Counted from the stretch's first letter, positions 28,801-42,514 are shown. The stretch: DNA of 64,000 nucleotides from the human T2T-CHM13v2.0 reference genome, Homo sapiens (GCF_009914755.1 NC_060925.1), one strand, 5' to 3'. Translations and numbers: made by a program. The notes: a model not told the origin generated them from the sequence alone.

Positions 28801-29636
28801 TTAGAGGTTCTTGGAGTATTAATAATTTCCATAAGATTTTTTCCCCCTTTCTTCTTGAGCTGCAGCTGATCAGCATTCTTGTACTTGCTAAATTGTATTT
28901 ATAAAAAGATATTCACCTCCTCTATTTGAACATATGTCTGAATATCACATAAATGTGTAGCGGCGTGCCTTTGCATCATGTGTGTACATCTGATTATTCG
29001 CAACTGTGTGTAACACATAGCACATACAGATTTCTGTTTTTGTTCTTATCTGGGGAGTGTCCTTCCTCACATTGCCTTTGGCTTTTGGACTACCCATAAT
29101 TTGTTCTTTCAAAATTCATCTGGTAAATATGTAACCACTTCAAAGGCAGGAGTGAGATGTCATCCTTTTCCTCCTTTCTTTTTTTTGTTTTCTTTTTTCT
29201 TTTATTCTCTGTCTAATTTCTCCTGCTATCTTAAAGCCACAATTGTACTTGACTGAAAAGGGCAACACCAAAGCATTGAGCTCACTCAGATGTGGGTGTC
29301 CATGTGTATGTAATATAGTTCTGAGTTTTTATATAGGGTCCTTCTTTGAGGGATTCCAGCAAACCTGTTTGAACCCAAGCAAATCCATACAATACATACA
29401 TGCTAACAGATATATAAATGCCATGAAAATGATCATAGTATATGATATGTTTTATATTAAGGTTGAAAAAAAACCCCAGCATAACACAGTTAAGGGGCTT
29501 TCTTGGAAGATTAGTCACCGGGGTGTTTGTCACCTATACTAAGAGGTAACCAGTGCTCCCCAGAAAGGGTTGGAGTGGGGCTGGGAGCGCCCAGAACCTG
29601 GATTTCTCCCAAAGGAGACAACTTGTTCTCTAGTGA

Positions 29637-29917
<281 letters not shown>

Positions 29918-30067
29918 TAAGAAACTTAACTCCTAGGAATCTGCTTAAATTTTGACTTTGTAAATTCAGCAAAGAAAACATTTCTTTCAACCCTAAACTT
30001 CTCAACTAGATGAAACTTTTATGGGAATGCCGTGATTCCACGCGGATCTCTCGGCACATGCTACCCC

Positions 30068-30087
30068 CAGCCACTAGGGGGCAGAGC
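30068..30087 (+). promoter_or_regulatory. CTCF core motif
   Basis: gCCACTAGGGGGCAGag closely matches the CTCF core CCACYAGRKGGCRS, inside a small CpG-retaining patch (30030-30090). Confidence 0.7.
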
Positions 30088-31102
30088 GACAGACTTGTGG
30101 TTTGCTGGTCTCTGGAGCTTCTGGAGTCCCCTTGTCCTCTGCTACAAAAGCACAATGATAGCTGCTACTTTATTCGTTACTCCCTTGTAGGGAAAGTAAA
30201 GGGATGGGGCTATGAATATCGCTGCTTACACATTGGGAAACTGGGGCACAGAGATGAAATGACTATGAGCTGAAAACAAGACGCCAGTACATACAGAACA
30301 TAGAGTTTCTAACATGAGCCAGTTCCCCGTCCAGCTGGCCGTTCACCAGGTGTCAGTGTTTGTTTGCCTTTTAGCCATCAGTCCCTGGTAAACCTCCATG
30401 TCTGTGGTCCTCAAGTCGATTATGGTTGAGTCTTCCTACTCTTTTTTGTGTCCCCAAGTAGCTTATTTCTAGAAACAGGTTCCCGTTTGCAACATCAAGT
30501 CTGGTTATGCTGGGGTCATGACTTACACATGGACAAAGAGGAAGGATGAGTTGACTCTAAACCAAAGAGCCATAGTGTCTTTGTGTTTTCAGTACAAATC
30601 TAGTTGATTCTCTGGCTTTGGTATACACATGGTTTTCTTCCCTTGCTCTTTACTTTTCTTGGCTTGGCCAAAGTCACCATTGCTTTGCTGAGTTGGGATG
30701 CAACATCTGCTTTTTGATAATTGCCACCAAAACCCATTTTCCAGTTACAGAGACAGTTGACGGCTTTGGAGTGAAAGCTAGGAGCCAAGGAGTCCTGAGA
30801 AAACTATAAATGGGCATGGAATGTCCTGGATAATTCTGTGGTGGGGAAATTAATTCTGAACCACTAAGTACTATTAAGAAGCTGATGCCAACTAAATAGG
30901 CAGAAATTTTTACAAAAGCTGCCAGAGTTTAGAAACCACCCAGTGTGCCATAGCTTCAGGGGAGCAAAACTACCCACTCTACCAAGTTGGAAAAAATGAA
31001 GAATGCTTCAAACTGAATCCAGCTGATCCTGGAGGCCACTGACCCTGTCCTAATGGAGACAAAAAGTGACAGTGAGTATTTAGTTAGAGGAAGAAATCAC
31101 AG

Positions 31103-31118
31103 CCCCCCCCCCCCCCCC
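31103..31118. repeat. Poly-C16 run
   Basis: Read directly from the sequence. Confidence 0.9.
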
Positions 31119-31597
31119 ACCCACCACCAAGAGGATCTTTAAACTTGATGGAATGATGTTATGATTTTATGGTAGCCGTGAAAATAACCCTTTCTTTAGC
31201 ATGGTGCTTATAGTTTGCCAAATACTTTCATTGATACTGCTATTTGATTCTCAGAACAACTCAAAGAGATTGGCAAGGGAAATATGATTAACCCCATTTT
31301 AAGATAAGGAAACTGAGCTTTAGATGTCTAGAATGGTTTGCCTGATGTCACACAGCTGGTAGATAGCAGAACCAGGACAATAATTGAGGTCTTTAATTAT
31401 TGGTCCTGGGTTGACAGATGATGCCACCAGATCTTTTCCCTAGGAATTTGGTGAAAAAGTATAATACCATTTCATTCAAGGAAATGGAATAGAAATATAA
31501 ATTTCCTTCTAGATCTTTATTCTACCTCTGTCACCTGACCCTTGACATGGAAGAGAATAGGACATGTCTTTCCCTTACCATTCACTTAAGAAGTATT

Positions 31598-31676
31598 ATA
31601 GGTTGGTGCAAAAGTAATTGCGGTTTTTGCCTTACTTTCAATGGCAAAAACCTCAATTACTTTTGTATCAAACTAA
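31598..31676. mobile_element. MADE1 (Hsmar1-derived 80-bp palindromic MITE)
   Basis: taggttggtgcaaaagtaattgcggtttttgcc...ggcaaaaacctcaattacttttgtatcaaactaa followed by TA. Confidence 0.93.
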
Positions 31677-33339
31677 TAATAATCATGTTTGTCTGTCTTC
31701 CTAGCTCCTCTCTGGGGGAGGCAGCAGTCTGCTTCATCCTGCTACCACCTCCCTGCCTAGCACCGCCCAGGCCTAGCCAGCCAGAGTCAGTGCAGGCTGT
31801 GTGGGTGGGAACTTTTTTCATCAGTAAGGGGCATCAGGAATTATTCTGATTTATCTCACCTCTTACCTGCCCACCATTATGAGGGATCATGCACTTTACT
31901 GCCTTTATGGCTACAAGATCCTTTTACCAGGTATTACTCATACCATTATGAATAAGCTCCAGGACTGAAACCCAGACCCCGCCCCCAGACACTGAGGACT
32001 GCCTGCTGTCTTCTTAGTGCTATATCCCACCACACTGGCTTAGATGAAAACTTTCAAGCAGATCTTGGTGGGGATCAGACTAGAGATTTCTATTTTTCAT
32101 CAGACTAGGTTTTAGACTTTTTGTGCATGCCCGTGTTCTGTGTGGACTGTGTGCCAGGTCTCTCTCTACTCTTGCAGTTTGAGTCTGGTAACCTCTCACC
32201 CTCTTTTCTCACTAGGACCTCTCCCATCATGCCTTGCTGTTAGGGCTATGCCCTTTATATTTGGTATGAACGCGTGCAGTTTGCAGACCCAGTCTCCTTA
32301 CCCCAGTTCCTGAGCCCACCTTAATAGAGGAGAGCTGGATTGAAGTAGCTTACTGCACAGAGGGGTGCAAGAAGGAAATGGAGGCATTTTGCGTTCTTTG
32401 TGCTTTAACAAATTAGTCTTGGAATTGCCTGGGATGACCTGGGGACTCCATGGACCTATGAGTGCTATATTTGCCCAGACCAAGTGCCTGGGCTTCTACA
32501 TTTAATTCCTTCTGTTTTCAGATCCTTTCCTGAACAAGCAGACACCTTAAGATACTAGATTTATGTAGTAGGCATAGAGTAGGTCTGTCTAGCTCTCCTA
32601 CTCCTCAAGGTAGTAGGAGAATGGAACTGAGGGTGAACCAAGGTGTGAAAGTAAAACCAAATCCAGGAGGGCCAAAGCGTCAAACCAAGAAGGCAAGGCC
32701 GAGAGGCAGGATTGTATGAACAGGTGGAAACTAGAACACCATGCCCAAGCAAGATGTTTGCTAAGGATAGGATACAAAATCTCAAGCCACAGAGCCTGGC
32801 TGCCACAAGTGTGGAGTTTATGGTCAACAGCTTTTTGGGCACAGACACCAGATCTGGAAATGGATTATAATTGAAGCGTTTAAGAGGAGAGCCTCTGGAG
32901 TGCCATTGCCTGGGTTCAAAGCCTGCAGCCCCCTAACTTGCTAGCTAAGTGACATTGAAACTATTTAACTGTCCTGCTTCATACGCATTAATGTCCTTGT
33001 TGCTGTTTTCTCAGTGTCATTCACTCCCTAGCTGCCAAGTGTTCCTTTGCCCAAACCTTGAGCCCTGAGGGGGCTCAGGTCTGCTTTTAAATGAATGTGC
33101 TACCCAACTACCTAAAAGGAATGACTGTTGGAATGTTTTTACTTTTAAATAAGACTAATGTGTCAGGCTCATCTCAACACTGTCATACCCAGTGGGACAT
33201 TCTAGGTAGGATTCTTGGCCTAGTTTCTACCTTTTTTTTTCCCAACTGGAAGGTAATTCTAAGGTTTCAACATGATTCCAGGCAAGTCCCCATGGTTTAT
33301 GACAAATAAGAGCATCTTCTTTGCATATACTGCTTGACA

Positions 33340-33645
33340 TTTTTTTTTTTTTTTTTTTAGACGGAGTCTCGCTCTGTCGCCCAGGCCGGACTGCGGACTG
33401 CAGTGGCACAATCTCGGCTCACTGCAAGCTCCGCTTCCCGGGTTCACGCCATTCTCCTGCCTCAGCCTCCTGAGTAGCTGGGACTACAGGCGCCCGCCAC
33501 CGCGCCCGGCTAATTTTTTGTATTTTTAGTAGAGACGGGGTTTCACCTTGTTAGCCAGGATGGTCTCGATCTCCTGACCTCATGATCCACCCGCCTCGGC
33601 CTCCCAAAGTGCTGGGATTACAGGCGTGAGCCACCGCGCCCGGCC
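33340..33645 (-). mobile_element. AluYb8 (young, human-specific lineage)
   Basis: Diagnostic 7-nt duplication ggactgc-ggactgc; CpGs largely intact; 16-bp TSD tactgcttgacatttt at 33328-33343 and 33647-33662. Confidence 0.93.
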
Positions 33646-36636
33646 TTACTGCTTGACATTTTACAAAACGCCATCATTTGCACCATTTACAATTTTGAAG
33701 GTGCTGTGGGATCCTTAAGAAAAGTATAAGAACTGATCTCTGCCTTAGGGGAACTTCTAGTGTTCAGAAGAAAAGACTAAAATATGTAAACCACAGATGA
33801 TAATGTTCAATGAAGTTGATAATTATGTGGCATGGGTTAAAAGTATAATGATATTTCAGAGACAAAAGCAGTGGTTTGGGGTTCATGAAAATTAAGGTTG
33901 GCTTCATTGAGAGGAGGTAGGGATGGGGTGAAGAAATGGGGCAGGAACAGATACATAGAAATCTTAGTGTGTGCAGGGTGGGGACACATGGTGTAGTAAG
34001 AGGGGATAGTAGCCAGCACTAAGGAAGCACGGAAGTACTTTGGCAAGGGAAGAGGGTGACAATGAGGGGATTGGCTTGGCCGTGATGCAGATTTGAGGTT
34101 ACAGTAGTGATGGAATAGGATGGCATTAGTAGGGTCAGATTATGGAGAGGAGGCAAAGGGAATTTTAAGTAGGTAATTCACATATATTTTGTTAAAAACC
34201 CTATCCATTTAGTATTATTGGCTCCATTTTAAAGAAAATGTATGGGTAGTATGCACACCCAGGTCTGTCTAAAACCAACCTCTTTTCAATTCAACATGGT
34301 ACCTTAACTCAAGAAAGGATGGTAGGCTTGATGTGATTGGTAGTGGGGAATCATTGTGGGTTCTTGAACAGAGGAGATATAGTGAAAGGGGGTGATCCAA
34401 TGGAATTGTTTACTGCGCATGTATCCATATGTTTATATAGGATGAGGATGTCCTTTGGTGGAACAGATAGAGGAACAAAAGACGCAAAGCTGAAGGCCAT
34501 ATGATGGACTCAGCTCCTGAGCTCTGCATTCCTTTTCTGTGTACCCAGGAGCCGCCAGCCCTGTTTGTATCCACACAAGGCTCTCTGTGTATCACAGCCA
34601 GCATAGAAGGCATAATCCTCCTCGGGTCTGTGTCTCTATAATTTATGATGCTTTCAGATTACCAAACACAATTCATTTGGCAATGAAAGAGAATAGTTTT
34701 GTGCTATTGCCCTCCATGTGTGGGAAATTGCATTTTTGATGAGCAGAGCCATTGGCCTTCTTCACGTGACTGGCTGAGAACATGAGCTGGTAACCAAGGC
34801 CTGAGTGAAAAGTCTTGGGAACCAGTCATCCAGCTGCCACAGCCCATTTAGGGGAAGGCTAACCCCACATCCCTGCAACAATTTAACCTATGTCTTGTAA
34901 TCTGTTAGTTTTCATCAGCCAATATGTACACTTATATAATTATCTCAGCAAAACCCCTCTTTATTAAAGAAGAAGGTGATAGATTGTTACTATCAACACA
35001 GTGCTAAGGAAACCACAGCTAAGGGTATCTTCTTCACACGCCACTCTCTCATCCTCAGTCGGCATGGTAGTTTTATGAACAACTTTTTTTTTTTCTCTTA
35101 GGGCATCTGTTAGATGCATTCCAAGCTCCAGGGGAGACCTGTGTGGAGGTGCAAGAAGGAGGAGCTCTAAGGTTATTTTAATTTAGATTTATCTGAGACT
35201 CCAGAAAAATCACGTACGTGGTGTGGAAATTATCCTCACATAGGCAGAGGGAGAAAACACTAAATTCATATTCTACATGTATCTTCTTGTATCAAGACCA
35301 GTGTTTTCAGAAATGAGTTTGCCAATAAATATAAAAACCATCCATCGGTTTTCTTCCCAATACTCATTCTTCCCCTAAACGTTACATAGGTTTTTATACT
35401 CTTAATTAACCACATCCAATAATTTGTTTCCTAGGCTGGGCTAGCTGGATGATGCCTTTTTATCTGGTTAAAGAAGAGTCACCAGGCAGGAAATGATGGT
35501 AGAGAGATGGAAGACTACAAAACCCTTGCCAAATTCTGCACTTTTTGTTAGTTTGTTTGCACTGCGGAAGGATGAAGACAGTGAGACAGTTACTGAGACC
35601 ATCGGCTGCTGTGGACATCACAGTGGGAGCAGTCTACTGGGTGGGAGGGGTGCTGTCAGGTCTTGGGGACCTTAGTAGGAGACAAGTAAAATTATGATGC
35701 AGTGGAAAGGCTCCTTTGAAAACAGGTGATGGGACACAGTGTATGCAATCCTGTGGGCTTTTGCTGCAAGTAGGCAGACCCCTTTCGTTTGACCTTTTTA
35801 TTTATAAAGTCACAATCTGAGATCATCAGATTGTCAACAACTACAACAATAAATCCAAGGTCATTGGATCTGAAACCCAACACCTGTATTGAATCTTAAG
35901 AAAAAGAAGACAGGTTGTATTCATTTAAGCATTGTCTAAGTAATTAGGAGACAAAATTTGCTATTATCGTATGTTTCACAGTTATGTTCTAAATTTATGC
36001 ACCTGTGAGTAGCACTATAGGTTTTCATTAATGTTTGTGTTCTCATTTGATCTTTATAACTACCCTGTGAAATAGGTACTTAGGACAAACATTGATCACC
36101 CCTCATTTTAAAGATGGAAAACCTGAGGCTCAGAAAAATGAAGCTCACAAATTATGTCTTATGACTCCAAACTCCTGCTGGTTTTTTTTTTATTTGTCTG
36201 AAAACTGACTGATGTGATCTTATTTGGACAAAGAAGTGTTGTTGGAAATATCAGTCATGTGAATTAATTAACAATTTCTTCCTTCCTAGCGAGAGTAAGA
36301 CCATGGAGTAGAGCAGATATATTAGTCCATTCCATGTGGAAATCCGGCCTGTAGTTGTATATTCGTATAGCTATATGTTGGTAGGATGGACCTACATGGT
36401 TTAATGAAAGTGGAAGGAAAATCTATTTTCAGTCAGATCCTATAGATATTTCATAAGGAATTAGAACTTAGTTACTTAAAAATTATATTCTAGAGGTTTA
36501 TAAAGCAAACATTTATTATATTCATTTACCTTTTAAAAAAATTTTAAGCAAAGCCCATACTCCTGTTTTGGGGATATCTGAAAGAGAGAGCATTTACAAC
36601 TTTAGAATTACAGATTCATGAGGGATCTGATTTTAT

Positions 36637-36735
36637 TTTCTTTTTCAACTTTAATTTTTGATTCAGTGGGTACACATACAGGTTTTATTACCTGAGTATA
36701 TTGTGTGATGCTGAGGTTTGGTGTACAGATAAAGC
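36637..36735 (-). mobile_element. Short 5'-truncated L1 (L1PB-like) 3' end
   Basis: gattcagtgggtacacatacaggtttt...gatgctgaggtttgg; 13-bp TSD gatctgattttat at 36624-36636 and 36736-36748. Confidence 0.8.
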
Positions 36736-37236
36736 GATCTGATTTTATACTCTTATGCAGTGGATCTACCACTACTACAATGACTGCTACAGGGCTGCTA
36801 ATGTTTCTGAATATTGTCTAAGTACTTCTAGAAATAGGAAAGAAGATCACAGAATCATAAATTCTTCTATCTTAAAGGAGCCTTCAGGATAATTATTATT
36901 TTACAAAAAAATGCAGCTAGGCTATTGTATACATCAAACAGGCTGTTTTTTCTCATGGTGAACTGAATCTGCTTCAGTGGAACTTTCCCCATTCTGTCTG
37001 AGGTCTCCCTTTGGACACAATGTAGAATAAATCTATTGCTCTCCTGCATTCAAATAGTTGAAGACTTATTTTTTACCTCTTCATCTTCTCTTCCCTAGGC
37101 TGAACGAAACGAAAACTCTCAGTTCCTTAGGTTTCTGTGCATTATTTCTAATTTATTCTTAATTCATAACTCTATAGACACTTACAGAACACCTACTATG
37201 TGTGAGCCTGGCATTTTTAATTTAAAACCCTTTCCT

Positions 37237-37477
37237 GGCCGGGAATGGTGGCTCATGCCTGTAATCCCAGCACTTTGGGAGGCCATGGGAAGAGTATTGC
37301 TTGAGCCCAGGAGTTCGAGACCAGCCTGACTCTACTAAGAATTTAAAAATTAACCTGTCATGATGGAGCGTGCCTGTAGTCCCAGCTACCCAGGAGGCTG
37401 AGGTGGAAGGATTGCTTGGGCCCAGGAGTTCGAGGCTATAGTGTGAGATCCTATCTCAAATAAATACATTAATAAAT
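37237..37477 (+). mobile_element. AluJ with internal deletions
   Basis: ttgcttgagcccaggagttcgag in both arms; segments missing. Confidence 0.88.
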
Positions 37478-37910
37478 CATTTTCTTTGTAATACAAACTC
37501 AACCTAAGAACTAGATAAAAGAAAGCCGATTTTACTTTTTTCCTTTGTGCTCAGGTAATAGAAAATGAAATTTGTATGTATGTTTATAACATGTACATTT
37601 ATACCTGTATATACATATTCATATGTATTTTTAATCATAGGGAATGAACACTAGAAAGTAAATGAAAAATGAGTTGAAAAACTAAGCATTTAAAATAAAT
37701 CAATTGACTTTTGATATATTAAGATATTAATTTCAAGGTTAATTATAGCCTCCTCTTAGAGATACAACTGTTCAAAGATACATCATCACAGCTGATTGTC
37801 AGGCCTAGATGCCTGTGAGGAGAGAGACTCAGCTTCAGTAACCTGTTGAAGCCAGAACATAGAAAGTAAATGAAAACTCAATTGTAAAAACATTCATTAG
37901 TTTAAACCCT

Positions 37911-38098
37911 AGACACTGGGGCCTACTTTAGAGTGGAGCGTGGAAGAGGAGTGAGGACTGAAAAACTACCTATGAGGTACTATGCTTATTACCTGGTTGA
38001 CAAAATAATTCATACACCCATCCCCCATGACATGTAATTTACCTGTATAACAAACCTACACATGCACCCCTGAACCTAAAACAAAAGTTAAAAAAAAA
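37911..38098 (+). mobile_element. Short L1PA (older L1PA13-16-like) 3' end
   Basis: agacactggggcctact...aacaaacctacacatgcacccctgaacctaaaa plus A tail; TSD ttaaaccct. Confidence 0.85.
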
Positions 38099-40057
38099 TT
38101 AAACCCTTTTGTCCTCAATGTTTTGATATTTGGTCCCGGGAACTCAAATTTGCCTTTGTCTTAACTGGTAAAAATATTTACCCGGAAATGAAGAAACATT
38201 AAATACACTAATATGTAAAGACTTCAGAGGGAACGTTTAAGAATCCAAGCAATCAAAATAGCACCTTTAAGTATTTCTGTAGTGTATGCTGTAAGTACTC
38301 TATAAAAATGTATTAATATGTCTTGTTAAAATGCCATTTACATACAATGGTAACATAATTATAATTACACGTCTTTCTTACAGATTTATTAAAACAGATG
38401 TGATCTACCAATAATGTTTTACATCTGATGGAAAGAATTGGAATATAATAATCCTACTTTTCTTTAATGCATTACTAATTCAGACAGGCCCTTCTGGTTG
38501 TTCTGAATTGGAGAGAGAGCAGACACTTCAGTTGGATTTGGAATCATCCACTTTTTTTTGCAGGTATTTCGAAAAAAGCCTGGTTTTGGTACAGCTCTTC
38601 CAGAACCCACGGGAAGAACCTGTTCATCAGCTCATCCATCCGTCTGCTGAGTAAATGCTTATTGAGCATCTGCTGAATGCCAGCACTGTTCTTTGTTCTT
38701 GGAATACATCAGTAAACAAAATAAGAAAAACAAAACCAAACCTCCTGACCTCAAGGAGCTTTTATTTTAGGAATGATGTCTTTTAGTCATTTAATAGTTG
38801 CTGTTTTTATTAACTCTTAACTGTACCCATAAACTGGATACTTTCAACTTAAAAAAAAAAAAGAGAAACTAATTATGTGCCCTAAGGATCACCAGGCCTT
38901 AGGTTCTACCTTTATTTTTCTTCTACTGTTAAATAGCAACCTCATTCCTCAGGCTGCTGATGGAATTGGTAACTGAGTAATCAGGCCACTGTGCTCGGGG
39001 ACATAAAACCTGTGGCCGCTGCCATTGCAGAGTCCCGTCATGGATCAGAGTTCGTCCCTGGGAAACAACTTGTGCCGACGGAAGGAGTTCTTCCTTTGCT
39101 CCCCTCATACCTCCCTTCCTTGCAGATGGGATCCTTGCAAGGGCAGAGCAGCTCTTAGAGTTGTCAGGCCCTTTTCTTTCATTCTGCTTATTTTCCCATA
39201 GGCGAGTACTGCTCAGAACCCAGGCTGTGAGTTTTTTGATGTGGAAAGCTATTTACTAAGCATGTCTTGACGCAGAGGATGGAGGGAAAGAAAGCCTCCA
39301 AGAGAGTGGTGATTCTACAACCATCATCAAATTTTGGTTGAAAACTCAAAGCTGCTGATATGTATTAGTAAGCAGATAACAGTAACATCCTGTATTTGCA
39401 TGGCCCTGTATCAGTCAATAGCATTCAGATTTGTGTGGTGGTGTATAGCTTTCCTTATTTCATATCAGGTGTTTTCATTTGATCCCAAGTGGTATGTCCT
39501 GAGACAGAAGAAATAGCCCCATTTTACAGAAGAAGAAACCCAAAATTGCAAGGAATTTGCCTAAGGTCATTAGAAAGTGTCTAAAATAAGACTTTGACCC
39601 GGACTCTCTGATTTCAAGCCCAGCGATTCTTCTAACAGGCCATATTCTTTCACTTTTATTATCTTGACTTACGCAACAAAGGAGATAAGCCAGGTACATG
39701 TCATTAATCTTCCTATGTATGACAACTGAGGCTCCAGGAGGTTAAGTGCCTTGCCTAAGATTGCTTGGGTGGTGGTAGAACTGGTTTTCAAAACCAGATC
39801 ATCTGAATGGAATCTAAGTCTTTCTGCTGTATCACCTTGTTAATGTGTCAGGAACTACCACCCCACCTTCCAAAACACATACACACTCTCACTTTTAATG
39901 CGGACCCATCTTAGAATAAACTAGTTAAGGACTGACTGCTGAACATGGTCCAGAAACTTACTGTCAAATTTTGCTTTTGAGATGTGCTTGTGTTGTGTGA
40001 AGTCTTTTTTTTTTTTTTTTTCAGTATTGATGAGGGATCACTTTAAGATTTATTGGA

Positions 40058-40437
<380 letters not shown>

Positions 40438-42234
40438 TAAAGCAGCCTTATGAATATCCTTGTGAATTCCTTAAGCTCAAGGGTCTTGTTTGCATTTTGT
40501 AGGTATATCTGTAGATAGATCTTACCTATCTCTGGCAGGTAACATTATCATCATGTTTTCCCTGTTTCTGGACACTTTGTGAAAGCATTGTAGAAATAAA
40601 AGAAGTCTTTATTCTTTGACCTCTCTTATGCATTATGAATTCTGAAAAACTGAGGGAGATAAAAGGCAATCTATGCTTTACTGCTTTCCCTAAGTTTTGA
40701 GAAGCAGGCTTAAAAAAATGCTTTAAAAATTTTAGATGCCATAATACACTGAAAATAGGGATCTCAGGTATTTGAGGCAGACCAGGATTCTTCTTTGACC
40801 AGTCCTTTCACTGAAAAGACTGTATTTAGATATTTCTCTGAGTGTTCTAGATTCATAGACCCAAATGACCTCTCTGAGCATCAAGATACATGAAGAAGTT
40901 ACTTCCTGAGGATAATAAATATGAAAAGAGAATTATCACCCTCTGCTTTCAGAAATCACTTAAAAAGGAAGGGAGTGCTTTTCCCATGAGGTTCCTGAGA
41001 CAGAGTCCTTATGTCACCTTGTATTGGCAAAAAGATCTGGGGCACTGTGTTTGACGATAGCACTTCTTTGTTCCCCTCCCGATATATTTACAGAATATAA
41101 TCCTATTTTGCTTGCACTCATTTCCATAATACTGAAAGTAAATAAACCTTATATAACGTTTTATGGTTAAGAACTACTTAGTCTTGTGTGTGGAACTTCA
41201 GCAAGAAGCAAAAGAAAATTCACTTATAGATATGTTACCTCACGTAATCCTCACCACAACCTTAGGAATTAGACATAAATTACAAGAACCAATTACTGAT
41301 TGGGAAAGTAAGTCTCAGAGAGGTTAATGACTTCCTCAAGGACACAGGATGTTTCTTGATCTGACCAAGACGCGGGCCTCGTTTTCTGAATCCAGGGTTC
41401 TAGTCCTGTCTTTTAGGAGATGTCTAAGTCATACAAAAGCATCACTGGCAGATTCCACCAGTGTTTTATTCACACCTTGCAACAGCCTGCTTTTTGAAGG
41501 TTTCTTGCTGTCATGGCTATTCATTCCTATGAGGTGGAAATGGCTTTTTTGGTATCTCTTTGCATTATTACAGTTGTTGTTATTTTTAGTTCTATTTATA
41601 TGAAAAATGTACTTTTTAGCCCACAAAAATAGCATAGCAGCAGCTTATCAAAATGTCCCAGACAAGTTTACTTCAACAAATTAGTAACACCTTCATGCTT
41701 CCTGTGGTGGAAGAAATGCAGAGTCCACTTCCTCCCAGTGAACATCTGAGCCAGATTTCTGCTCCACTCGGTCCCCCTTCCCACCTCTTACAGCCATGAA
41801 ATAATGTGAGAGTATTTGTTTCCCCTGCAAAGGGAAGAGGGTCCAGAGACAAAAGGGAAGTTAGTATTCACTGGAAGCCTCCCTGTAGAAGCAACAGTGT
41901 TAGGACTTTTATACACATTTTTACAATTATTACAGCAGTTCTCAATTATTGAAACAGAGGGTAGGCATTTCCCCTTTTTCAGAAGGGAAAAGTGAGAATT
42001 AAGTTAATTCCAAAGTCACACAGCTAGTGAGAGAAAAAGCCTGGACAGGAACTCAGACTGTATGACTCCAAAGGCTAAGTGCATTCTATACACACAGGCC
42101 GCCCTCCTGGCAGTGAGAGTTCAGGATCTGTTGGAGAAAACCTCAGACCATGGTTTTCTTGCAGCTTCTGCTGGAGAACATTAGGTGCCTGTTCCCCCGT
42201 GGTGAGTGTTACAAAGTGCAGCACCACCCAGGGG

Positions 42235-42460
42235 AAGAGTCTGGGCCTTGGAGTTAGACCTGAGTTTGAATCCTCCTTCAGATATTTACTATTGATGACA
42301 TTGGCAATCAATGCTGCTGAATTTCTCCAGCCCTCCATTTATTCATCTATTAAGGGGAGAGCTACCTACAGGGCGGGGAACTTACAAGGATTAGATGAGG
42401 GGATATGTGTAAAGGCCTAACACCCAGTAGGTGCTCACTAAATGATGTTCCTTATTATTA
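42235..42460 (+). mobile_element. MIR immediately upstream of the microexon
   Basis: gagttagacctgagtttgaatcc...gtaggtgctcactaaatg...ttattatt matches the MIR 5' body and 3' tail. Confidence 0.75.
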
Positions 42461-42487
42461 TGGTGATTACCACTGTACTCTTTTCAG

Positions 42488-42514
42488 ATGAAAGTGTTCG
42501 GTCACCTGGAACCT
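42488..42514 (+). CDS. PBX1: 27-nt frame-preserving (phase 1-1) cassette microexon of PBX1, peptide (D)ESVRSPGT(F)
   Basis: ctcttttcag|ATGAAAGTGTTCGGTCACCTGGAACCT|gtgagt: pyrimidine tract plus CAG acceptor, GTGAGT donor, no AG between 42431 and the acceptor. With upstream G and downstream TT (start of PBX1 exon 3, VLSIRG) it reads GAT GAA AGT GTT CGG TCA CCT GGA ACC TTT. Confidence 0.85.

Noticed and set aside
37647-37877. About 20-bp direct repeat (tagaaagtaaatgaaaa)
   Set aside because: Short and A-rich with no recognisable element between the copies.
42460-42487. Canonical SRRM4-type neural microexon
   Set aside because: No UGC motif in the tract just upstream of the AG (the sequence has UGU), so it is not claimed.
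42488-42514. ATG at the microexon start as an initiator (MKVFGHLEP)
   Set aside because: It lies directly after an acceptor, and that frame would hit a stop at once in exon 3 (TTT TGA, from recalled sequence). The phase-1 reading is the meaningful one.
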